Assembly (NCBI GenBank): GCA_035571715.1
Contig: DATNCB010000898.1
Coordinates: 1-63,977, forward strand
DNA: 63,977 bases
DNA from: Ramlibacter sp.
Lineage (GTDB): Bacteria > Pseudomonadota > Gammaproteobacteria > Burkholderiales > Burkholderiaceae_C
Direction: 5' to 3'
Shown: piece by piece, positions 56,552 through 63,977 of the stretch
Layout: each line of letters begins with the position of its first letter
Position numbering within the stretch: position 1 is the first letter of the stretch
Program-made: the position numbers and the translations under genes
The notes under the pieces: generated by a model
What the model was told of the DNA's origin: nothing
What the model saw: the letters and a program-made list of their open reading frames with translations, nothing else
The model's database searches: none

Positions 56552-56914
56552 ATGACGACAGACACCGCCCCGCCGACCAAGCGGCCCCGCAAACGCCCGC
56601 AGCCGCGCGAGCCGAAATACATCGGCCGGGTAGCGCCATCGGTGGACGACGCCATCGCCGCCATCCGCGCCTACGTCGCGTTCAAGGGCTGGGCGATCTA
56701 CACCCTCGCGCACCACGCGCAACTGCCCCGGTCGTCGCTGCGCTTCTTCAATGATCCGACGTGGGCACCAAAGAGCGATACGCTGCGGGTGCTCTATACG
56801 CTGATCCCGCCCGATTTCGATCCCTCGGTCGCGCGGACACCGCCGCCGCCGAAAGAGCGCAAGCCGCAATGGCCGGTGCGCAAGCGTGATCTGCCTAAAA
56901 TCCCACTGGTTTAA
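56552..56914 (+). CDS. Cro-like HTH protein
   Basis: GWAIYTLAHHAQLPRSSLR.....W.P..DTL. Confidence 0.6.
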   Translation: MTTDTAPPTKRPRKRPQPREPKYIGRVAPSVDDAIAAIRAYVAFKGWAIYTLAHHAQLPRSSLRFFNDPTWAPKSDTLRVLYTLIPPDFDPSVARTPPPPKERKPQWPVRKRDLPKIPLV

Positions 56915-56949
56915 CCCATGCTTATCCGGTTAACGCCCAACGGAGCTAG

Positions 56950-57423
56950 ATGTTGATGGCTGACGATTACATGGACGCGATGAAACCTTGCCCCGAATGC
57001 GGTGAGGAACGATGGGCCGGACACGCCCACAAGTGCCTACCCTCTGGTTTGCTGACTTTCGCCGCCGTGACCGAAGCCAATGTGGCGCGGTGCGACCGCT
57101 GGCACAAAGGCGGCATCAACGATTGGACCCCATCTGATTGGGCCGTCGCGATGATGGGCGAGGCGGGCGAGGCATGCAACGCGATCAAGAAGCTACGCCG
57201 TGTTGAAGACGACATTGCCAATATCAGCGATCCTGGGCGGCTGTTGGCAACACGCGAAGAAGCGGTAGCGGTAATTGGCGAAGAACTTGCCGACACGTTC
57301 CTCTATCTCAATTTGCTCGCCTGTCGCCTCGGGATAAACCTCGCTGATGAGGTCGTGACGAAGTTTAACGCCACGTCGAAACGCTACGGCTTTCCCGAGC
57401 GGCTTCCTCGGAACCGCGTCTAG
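56950..57423 (+). CDS. MazG-like nucleotide pyrophosphohydrolase
   Basis: GEAGEACNAIKK...GEELADTFLYL...KFN.TS. Confidence 0.85.
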   Translation: MLMADDYMDAMKPCPECGEERWAGHAHKCLPSGLLTFAAVTEANVARCDRWHKGGINDWTPSDWAVAMMGEAGEACNAIKKLRRVEDDIANISDPGRLLATREEAVAVIGEELADTFLYLNLLACRLGINLADEVVTKFNATSKRYGFPERLPRNRV

Positions 57424-57485
57424 AGACAGTAGCCGTGGGTAACAACCGGATAAGCATGATTTAACCCCGAAAGGAACCTGAGAAG

Positions 57486-58034
57486 ATGCCCCGAGGACGC
57501 CCGAGGAAAGAGCCGACGACGCACGGAAATGTCAATCAAGCAACTTTGCTCGAATACAACGACATGCTGACCACGGCGCTGCGCGTGAAGGCGTCGGCGG
57601 ATAGCGCGGTCGCCGCCGTCTACAAGCGCGCCGAGAGCGCCGGGCTCGACCGAAAGACGCTGAAACGCGCCCACAACGACGCGCTCAAGGCGGCCAACGA
57701 GCGGCAGACCGACGAGGAACGGTATCGGCTGTATATGCGCTGGCTGAGCGCCCCGGTCGATCCCGACGAGACGGTTTCCGACGACCCCGAGGACGCGACC
57801 GAAGCGGGCGAGGCCGGCAACGGCGCGGACGCCGAGGTGATCCAGAAGCACGAGAACAACGTCGCGTTCGAGGAAGGCGTCGCCGCCGGAACGGCCGGCA
57901 GTCCGATGTCGAATTGCGGATACGATGTCGCATCCGAGGAATACCAGTCGTATTCGCTCGGGTGGAGCCAAGGGCAAAAGGCGGCTGTCGAAGCGCTCGG
58001 TGGCGCGACGCGGCGTACCCACGCTGCGGCGTGA
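57486..58034 (+). CDS. GapR/DUF2312-like protein with C-terminal Rmf-like motif
   Basis: VYKRAESAGLDRKTLK...LY; AFEEG..AG..G....CGY.......GW..G. Confidence 0.5.
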   Translation: MPRGRPRKEPTTHGNVNQATLLEYNDMLTTALRVKASADSAVAAVYKRAESAGLDRKTLKRAHNDALKAANERQTDEERYRLYMRWLSAPVDPDETVSDDPEDATEAGEAGNGADAEVIQKHENNVAFEEGVAAGTAGSPMSNCGYDVASEEYQSYSLGWSQGQKAAVEALGGATRRTHAAA

Positions 58035-58465
58035 CCCTCATCACGATCACCTTGGCGGGGGTTCCACGCGGTAAGGGTCGGGGCCGGGCGGTGTCGATCC
58101 CCGGCGTCGGCGCGCGGGTCTATTCAGACCCCGCCACCGTCAAATACGAGGGGCAGTTGCGGCACGCCGCGACGCAGGCGATGGCGGGACGCCCCCCTTT
58201 GGAGGGGCCTATCTCGGTGGTCATGGACATTCGCTTTCCGGTGCCCGCGTCGTGGTCAAAGAAGGCCCGCGCCCGCGCGCTGAGCGGCGAGGCCATGCCC
58301 ACCGTCAAGCCGGACGCGGACAACACCTTGAAGCTGTGCGACGCGCTCAACGAGGTCGTCTTTCGGGACGACAAGCAGGTCGTCGATGCGCGGGTGCTGA
58401 AACGGTACTCGGAGACGCCCGGCATGACGATTTGGGTCGAGCCTTATTACAGGGGGCCATCGTGA
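58031..58465 (+). CDS. rusA: RusA-like Holliday junction resolvase
   Basis: P.GKGR.R...KPDADN..K..DALN...F.DDKQV. Confidence 0.88.
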   Translation: MTLITITLAGVPRGKGRGRAVSIPGVGARVYSDPATVKYEGQLRHAATQAMAGRPPLEGPISVVMDIRFPVPASWSKKARARALSGEAMPTVKPDADNTLKLCDALNEVVFRDDKQVVDARVLKRYSETPGMTIWVEPYYRGPS

Positions 58466-58674
58466 AGCTGTACATCTGGGAAGGCGAGGGTGTGCTTTCC
58501 GATTACACGAACGGGATGATCGTGGCGCTCGCGCCCGATCTGGAAACAGCGTTCGCGAAGATCGCCGAGAAGTGCGATTGGGCGGATGGCGCTTACCCGC
58601 ACGCTCCGACCCAAATCGTTGATCTGGACAATCAGCCCGCCTCAGAAGCGTGGCTTGTGCATGGGGGAGGGTAG
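58462..58674 (+). CDS. Hypothetical protein
   Basis: KLYIWEG..VL.DYT.G...A.A. Confidence 0.55.
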   Translation: MKLYIWEGEGVLSDYTNGMIVALAPDLETAFAKIAEKCDWADGAYPHAPTQIVDLDNQPASEAWLVHGGG

Positions 58675-58675
58675 C

Positions 58676-59122
58676 GTGACCGACCAACTTCAAATCCTGC
58701 GCGCCGAGATCGAGGAAGACATCGCCGAGGCCGAGCGCCAGGTACACCGGCTGAATGATCGCTTGGGGGTGCTCCGGCACGTCCTCGCGCGCGTCCGGCA
58801 GGCGCAGGCCGAGCCCACTGACCCGGCGCCGACGCCCGCCGAGCCCGAACGCCGCGAGAAACGGGACATTCGGGGCACCGTGCTTGCGATCCTCACCGAG
58901 CGCGGGACGCCAATGTCGGCACCGATGATTCGCAGCCTTGTCGAGCAGCGCATCGGCGAACTGACCGATTCGGCGCTCGCTCGGTCGCTGACATCGCTGG
59001 TTGGCGACGGCAAGGTGGTCGAGCGCGACGGGGTGTTCTCGTTGCCGCCGCCTGCGACCGAGACGCCCGCCGTATCGAAACTCGGCATCGGCTTCCTCAC
59101 CGACGCGGAGGCAGCCCAATGA
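58676..59122 (+). CDS. Coiled-coil plus winged-helix protein
   Basis: VLAILTERGTPMS...I......LARSLTSLV..GKV. Confidence 0.55.
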   Translation: MTDQLQILRAEIEEDIAEAERQVHRLNDRLGVLRHVLARVRQAQAEPTDPAPTPAEPERREKRDIRGTVLAILTERGTPMSAPMIRSLVEQRIGELTDSALARSLTSLVGDGKVVERDGVFSLPPPATETPAVSKLGIGFLTDAEAAQ

Positions 59123-59331
59123 GCCGCGGCATCTGCGACGAGGCCAAGGCACGCCTGGCCGCCACCTTTAATTCGGCTGCGTTCTGGTCAGGCTGCATCG
59201 CCGCCCGCAGCACCGAGGACCGCCAGCGCCACGACGAGGGCATTGCCCGTCTGCGCGCGCTGCGCGAGGCGGCGGAATCGGGTCAGGACGTGACGGCGAT
59301 GCCCGAGTTCGACCGCTGGCTGGCGTACTGA
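59119..59331 (+). CDS. Hypothetical protein
   Basis: ATGA-coupled. Confidence 0.55.
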   Translation: MSRGICDEAKARLAATFNSAAFWSGCIAARSTEDRQRHDEGIARLRALREAAESGQDVTAMPEFDRWLAY

Positions 59332-59332
59332 C

Positions 59333-59584
59333 GTGGCCGAGGCAGGGGTGTGGTTGCCGCCCACCGAGCCCCGGCGCTCGCTGGCGCATGATGACCCGCT
59401 CCCGCCGCCGCCGTTCGTCGTGAGCCTCTACCTCGGTCCCAACGGCTACGAGAGGCCCTACGTCGTGCGCTCGATGGCGACGGGGCAGGGCGTCGCCGGA
59501 CATATAGACTGCAAAGCGGCGGCGTTCGCAATCGCCGATGCACTCAACGGAGCAGCAGCGCGTGGATTTCTCGGGATCGAGTAA
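59333..59584 (+). CDS. Hypothetical protein
   Basis: Packed ORF. Confidence 0.5.
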   Translation: MAEAGVWLPPTEPRRSLAHDDPLPPPPFVVSLYLGPNGYERPYVVRSMATGQGVAGHIDCKAAAFAIADALNGAAARGFLGIE

Positions 59585-59894
59585 CCCGCTCGCGGTCGGC
59601 ATCGAGCACGTCCTGTGGGCGCGCTCAGCCGGGTTCACGCCCGCCGAGGTCGTCGCCTCGGTTGGGGGCTTCCCTGATCGCAACGAGACATGGGAACGCG
59701 CTGCGTGCATCGTGCAGCGGGTTTGGGAGGCTTGCCCCACGGCAACCTCTGCGCATATTATACGAATCGAGCGCGGGCCAGTCTGAGGCGACGGCTTCAG
59801 ATTTGACCCGGTTGCGCCGCTTCAGCCCCGGCCTCTTTCATGGTCGTTGGCCCGCGCTCGATGATATTCCTCGGGCTGAAGGGCTGGCAACGAT

Positions 59895-60248
59895 ATGTCC
59901 GTTTCCCTTTATATAATTGCGGCCAAATTACGGTCGGACGATGATGACTACCCGTTTAATTTATGTAAGATAGGAATAAGTAAAAATGTTAGGTTACGGC
60001 TACGTAACCTAAAAACATCAAGCCCATATCCTCTAAAAATATATTCTATTTGGGATTGCGGAAGTTTGCCTGTGGCGCTGGCGGCTGAGAGAATTACTCA
60101 CAAGCGCCTAAATAATTTTCGCGCGCATGGGGAATGGTTCCATTTGCGCCCGGAGATTGCTGATTATGTCATTCAGCGATGGTGTTGGGATGTAGCGTTG
60201 CGGCTGGGTTACGACGTTCAACCGCAAGATCGGGATTTCCCAACATGA
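59895..60248 (+). CDS. GIY-YIG (T5orf172/MUG113-like) nuclease
   Basis: LYII...KIGIS.N...RL..L.T.SP..L...E...H..L......GEWF; AT-rich. Confidence 0.8.
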   Translation: MSVSLYIIAAKLRSDDDDYPFNLCKIGISKNVRLRLRNLKTSSPYPLKIYSIWDCGSLPVALAAERITHKRLNNFRAHGEWFHLRPEIADYVIQRWCWDVALRLGYDVQPQDRDFPT

Positions 60249-61090
60249 CAATCGCGGCGCTGGCGTGGGCCTTCGATACTAGGTGCCCATCCCCGGCCGC
60301 TAAACTTGTCCTTTTGGCTTTGGCCGATGCGGCTGACCAGGATGGCGTTTGCTGGCCCTCACAGGGGCGGATCGCTGATCGTTGCGGTCTCACAAGACAA
60401 TACGTCAATCAGGTTTTAGCTGATTTGGCGGCATGTGGAATGGTTGTGGTGGTCACAAGACAGCGACCCAATGGCTCGACCGCATCATGTCAGTATCGTC
60501 TTCAAATGGAAGATCATCCGGCACCCGCTGGGAAGGTGGTGTCAACTAATCTGACACCCCCTGTCAACCCAGAAGACACCCCCCTGTCAACCCAGAAGAC
60601 ACCCCTAATCTCTCAGAAAGAACCTACAGAGGCTACGCCTCTGGTTAAACGCGCGCGCGCGAGACAACCTTTTCCCCCGGACTGGGAGCCATCCGATCAA
60701 GGTTTCGCTTACGCCGCCAACCGAGGGAATAGCGCCGAATGGATATCGCGTGAGGGGCAGAGATGCCGGGATTATCACGCCAGTAAGGGTAACTTATTTG
60801 CCGACCTAGAAGCGGCATGGCGAACATGGGTAAACAATGCGCCGGGTTTTGCCCGGTCAAATGGCAACGGACACGCTAACGGCAAGCAATCCCCGGTCAC
60901 AAACCTCTACGAAGGAGCGATGCGTGCAGCAGACAGGCTCGACGAAATCGACCAACAGGGCCATCGCCGCAATGGTGTCGCGGCTTCTTTCCCACTATTG
61001 GACAGCGGCCGACCCGGTGGAGACCAGGGAGGCGCAGATCGAGGACTGGATCATCGACCTTCGGGAGTTCGGCCCCGATATCGTGAATGA
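60245..61090 (+). CDS. Replication initiator (lambda O-like, N-terminal HTH)
   Basis: ALAWA...AKLVLLALAD.AD..G.CWPS...IA..CG; internal iterons; AAWRTWV.N C-domain. Confidence 0.82.
   Translation: MTIAALAWAFDTRCPSPAAKLVLLALADAADQDGVCWPSQGRIADRCGLTRQYVNQVLADLAACGMVVVVTRQRPNGSTASCQYRLQMEDHPAPAGKVVSTNLTPPVNPEDTPLSTQKTPLISQKEPTEATPLVKRARARQPFPPDWEPSDQGFAYAANRGNSAEWISREGQRCRDYHASKGNLFADLEAAWRTWVNNAPGFARSNGNGHANGKQSPVTNLYEGAMRAADRLDEIDQQGHRRNGVAASFPLLDSGRPGGDQGGADRGLDHRPSGVRPRYRE
60540..60605 (+). repeat. Iterons / putative replication origin
   Basis: Three tandem TGTCAAC-N6-GACACCCC units, the last two identical. Confidence 0.75.
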
Positions 61091-61502
61091 GGCGTGCGCC
61101 CGATGGCGGATCGCCAATGATCGCCGGCCGACGCCGGCAAATGTCCGGTTGCTCGCGATTGACATTCAGCGCGAGGAAAACGATCGGCTGGCTTTGGAGG
61201 GGCCGGATACCCAAGCGATCCGAGCGGCGCGGGAAGCCGTGCTCGCGCGGCGCGAGGAACGACACTCGGAATTGCAGCGCGAGGGACGCGACATTGTAAA
61301 CCGCTGGGCTGTCGAGCGCGGCTATGACGACATCGACGATTATGCGACGGCGCACAAGATGTCTTGGGCCGTCGCGTACAGCATGGTCGTTGACGATATC
61401 TTTGCCAAGTCGCGGTTTCGCGCGGCGGTGACGCCGCTGACCGCCGCCGCTATGGGCGTTACGGCGACGGAGGCCCGTCGAGATGGTCTGTCGCCAAAAT
61501 AG
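60972..61502 (+). CDS. Helicase-loader-like protein (lambda P position)
   Basis: LLSHYW...DW..DL..F....V..AC..WR.....RPTPA; overlaps the 3' end of the initiator. Confidence 0.6.
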   Translation: MVSRLLSHYWTAADPVETREAQIEDWIIDLREFGPDIVNEACARWRIANDRRPTPANVRLLAIDIQREENDRLALEGPDTQAIRAAREAVLARREERHSELQREGRDIVNRWAVERGYDDIDDYATAHKMSWAVAYSMVVDDIFAKSRFRAAVTPLTAAAMGVTATEARRDGLSPK

Positions 61503-62067
61503 GGGCGACCACGATGTCCACCGGGATCGGCGGGCCATACGGGACAGGCGGCGGCGCCGGCGACCGTGGGGGAAACCGCCGCTCGTTCAGCAACGGCAAT
61601 CCGCGTGTGCGTTCCTGATACGCGGCAATCCGCTCGGCCATCTCGTCCCAGCACGCCCGTTGCGCGGTGAAAGGGTTTCCGCCCAACTCGCCATTGGGCT
61701 GCACGATGTAGGCGGTCGCCCGATAGATGTTGTGCTTTTTTCCGGAGTGCGCGGCATCGCCATCAGCGATCATCACCACAGCGCCGGGCGGCAGCGGCGA
61801 CGCCTGACCGAGCGGCAGAAACGGACCCTCGAACATGAACCCGCCTCGGGCCTTGGGGTCGGTCCCGATAACCCATTTGGCCCAGCCGGCGGTTCCAGCG
61901 GCAAGCGCCGGAATACGGACGGGCACGCGAACCTCGGGACACACGACAAGCCCCATCTTTCGGCGCACCATCGCGGCTATGGCGTCCTCGGCGATCTCCT
62001 TGGCGCGCGCAGGCTCGCGCAGGATGTCTTGCAGCGCTTGGACGGCGGCTGCGAGGTCATCGGCCAT
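61459..62067 (-). CDS. Hypothetical protein
   Basis: WAK.V...DP...GGF.FEG.FL. Confidence 0.6.
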   Translation of the reverse strand: MADDLAAAVQALQDILREPARAKEIAEDAIAAMVRRKMGLVVCPEVRVPVRIPALAAGTAGWAKWVIGTDPKARGGFMFEGPFLPLGQASPLPPGAVVMIADGDAAHSGKKHNIYRATAYIVQPNGELGGNPFTAQRACWDEMAERIAAYQERTRGLPLLNERRFPPRSPAPPPVPYGPPIPVDIVVAPILATDHLDGPPSP

Positions 62068-62515
62068 CGGTCACGATCTCCATGAGCTTGTCGGCCATGC
62101 GCTGAAAGGCGGCGTCCCCGGCGGCGGCCCTGGCGGCGGCCCCGGCGGCCCCGGCGGCGGCCCAGGCGGCGGCCCAGGCGGGAACGTCATCCTCATATAG
62201 CCGAGCGACGGTTTCAACCGCCTCGCGACACTTCCAGCAATCCACCGTGATCGCCGGCAGACACACATCGCGCAGCAGCCACACGGCGAAGCGCGGCCAT
62301 GCGGTCGTCAGGTCGGCACTCGGATCAACGGCAACGAGAAAACGCGGCAAGAACGCCGGAACGTGCTCTCCGATTTCGCGTGCGAGCGCGGTCAACTGCG
62401 GCGGCAACCGCATGTCGTCGAGGATCGTCCCATATGCTTGCTGGTCATCGTGCAGGCGCGCGGCGACGACGGCACCGATGAACCGCTGCCGATCGGTCAA
62501 TTCGGGTTGGATCAA
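62057..62515 (-). CDS. Hypothetical protein with Ala-rich AWAAA repeats
   Basis: FL.AV...ADL...WPRF..WLL; MADKL C-terminus; start uncertain. Confidence 0.55.
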   Translation of the reverse strand: MIQPELTDRQRFIGAVVAARLHDDQQAYGTILDDMRLPPQLTALAREIGEHVPAFLPRFLVAVDPSADLTTAWPRFAVWLLRDVCLPAITVDCWKCREAVETVARLYEDDVPAWAAAWAAAGAAGAAARAAAGDAAFQRMADKLMEIVTDGR

Positions 62516-62823
62516 AACGGTATCTTCCCGTAGGAGATTTCGCCGACGTTGAACCCACCGCGCGGCGTCCACGCCATTTCCCGGTCGCCCGGCAGGATGA
62601 TGTAGAGCCCTTGCCGCCGCCCGTAGGCGTCATGCCACGCCTGCACCGCGATCAGCGGCGCTTTGCTGCCGGCCATCGCCGCTGCGGTCGCCAACACCCT
62701 TTCGGCTTTGGTGAACAGGGCGCGGCGGCGGGCGCTCTCGCGGCGCGCGTAGCGTACCCGCCGCTCCCATCGCTCGGCCTCGGCCTGGACCGTCGCCAAG
62801 TCTGCCCAGATGAGGCGAGTCAC
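62512..62823 (-). CDS. Hypothetical protein
   Basis: Coupled ORF. Confidence 0.5.
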   Translation of the reverse strand: MTRLIWADLATVQAEAERWERRVRYARRESARRRALFTKAERVLATAAAMAGSKAPLIAVQAWHDAYGRRQGLYIILPGDREMAWTPRGGFNVGEISYGKIPF

Positions 62824-63977
62824 GGCGACAACTCGACCTTGATGACTTGACCAAAGGCAACCGGCCCGTCCATCGGCTCCATGCGTCCGGTGGTGCAGAT
62901 CAGGACGGGATAGGGCGGTTCTTCGCCGAGGTCAGCGACACGCAGTTCCATGTCGGTACAAACGATCGCGCAGCATGGCGTTATGTCGTGTTTATCGAAA
63001 TACGGCCACAGACCCCGCAAATCTGTCCCGCCGCGGCCTTGCACCGCCATCTTAACCGGCCAATCGTCGGGCTTAAAAACCTCGTGCGAATGCACGCGAG
63101 CGTCGGCATAGGCAACAGCGACAAACTCGGGCTTGACGGTATCGAGGATGCCGTTCAACTCCGAGCACACCGCCTCCAATTCGGCTTGGCTCACCGAGCC
63201 GCTGGTGTCCACCCCGATCGCCAGCGGGCCGATTTCCTCGCTCCACAGGCTCGGCAGGTAATCGCCGGTGGCGAGGAAGCGCGGATTAGCCCGACGCCAC
63301 GAATAGTCGTTGGCGGCGACCGAGCGCACGAACTCCCGCAGAACGGCGCGCCAGTCCACCGCAGGCGCGCGAACCGACTCGATCAGCCCTTCCAGGCACC
63401 CCGGCAACTTCCCCTGCGCCTTGGCCGCCTGTGCGGCCTGTATGAGCGCGATCTTCCATTCCCGCTCCATCGCCTCGCGGTCGGCCTGCGAGAGCGCTTG
63501 GCCGCCGTCGCCCGAGGCGTCCACCACGCACCCCATGCCACCGTAGTTGCCGCCACGCGCCGGCGGTTGCTCGGGGATCAGCGGGTAAATCCGCTCGAAC
63601 GCCCAATCGGTGTACTGCGGGTCGCAGTAGGCACCTTTCGGCATTGGGAATCCCGAGCCCTTGAGCAGCAGATTTACCGCGTGATCTTCGGCAATATTAC
63701 TGCGCGCCGGGTCGCGCCCCTGCCGGCGCATCGGGTGTTGCAGGGCACAATGCCCGGCCTCGTGCGCAACGATGGTGACAAGATGCTCGGGTTTTTGGTC
63801 GAGCACAAAGTCAGCGTTGAACCAAAGGTATTTTCCATCGGTTGCCATCGTGGAGCACGCGACGTTCGCCGGCATCGGCTGCACGTCGAGGCGCAGCGCG
63901 AGCGCGGCCCAGAAGGGCTGGGACAAAATTAAAGCAGCGCGGGCCTTCGATATCCGCGCGCGAGCGGTTTCGGTCGG
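62820..63977 (-). CDS. DUF2201-like metallopeptidase plus VWA protein (start at 147 across the origin)
   Basis: TMATDG, HEAGH zinc motif, DTSGS MIDAS, GRGGTD, TD. Confidence 0.88.
   Translation of the reverse strand, partial: PTETARARISKARAALILSQPFWAALALRLDVQPMPANVACSTMATDGKYLWFNADFVLDQKPEHLVTIVAHEAGHCALQHPMRRQGRDPARSNIAEDHAVNLLLKGSGFPMPKGAYCDPQYTDWAFERIYPLIPEQPPARGGNYGGMGCVVDASGDGGQALSQADREAMEREWKIALIQAAQAAKAQGKLPGCLEGLIESVRAPAVDWRAVLREFVRSVAANDYSWRRANPRFLATGDYLPSLWSEEIGPLAIGVDTSGSVSQAELEAVCSELNGILDTVKPEFVAVAYADARVHSHEVFKPDDWPVKMAVQGRGGTDLRGLWPYFDKHDITPCCAIVCTDMELRVADLGEEPPYPVLICTTGRMEPMDGPVAFGQVIKVELSP
63837..63977. repeat. Terminal overlap, copy 2
   Basis: Identical to 1-141. Confidence 0.97.

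Noticed and set aside
60540-60605. CRISPR-like array
   Set aside because: No spacers; tandem units inside the initiator gene fit iterons
62100-62185. GGCGGCC tandem repeats as a DNA element
   Set aside because: Explained by an Ala-rich coding repeat
63837-63977. 141-bp terminal repeat as a biological DTR
   Set aside because: It falls mid-gene and its length matches a common assembler k-mer; best read as circular overlap

Overview
A complete, circularly assembled ~63.8 kb high-GC tailed-phage genome (positions 1-141 repeat exactly at 63837-63977). Gene content suggests a podovirus-like phage, probably of an Alphaproteobacterium (GcrA-like and GapR-like genes). Leftward early operons carry two AAA+/partner pairs, RecT and many small ORFs. 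The packaging/structural module has TerL, portal, scaffold, major capsid, adaptor/nozzle, fibres, ejection proteins and a tail spike. There is also a lysis-like/variable region and a lambda O/P-type replication module with iterons and RusA. I found no integrase, CI/S24 repressor, DNA polymerase, obvious TerS or canonical endolysin. Most notable: (1) a 780-bp transposase-less cassette (25-bp TIRs, 8-bp TSD, IS1595/ISNwi1-like ends) carrying only a DNA methyltransferase and splitting a phage gene; (2) a ~290-nt nested RNA-like structure at 40.3-40.6 kb; (3) a genome-wide CGTGC-N8-GCACG operator-like palindrome on promoters plus a CCTACCGAC leader motif; (4) a portal block inverted relative to the capsid operon; (5) putative virion-modifying enzymes and signal-peptide-bearing fibre-like genes; (6) an Acb2/Tad1-like anti-defence protein beside patchworks of foreign gene fragments. 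All family assignments come from motif recognition only; no database searches were run.
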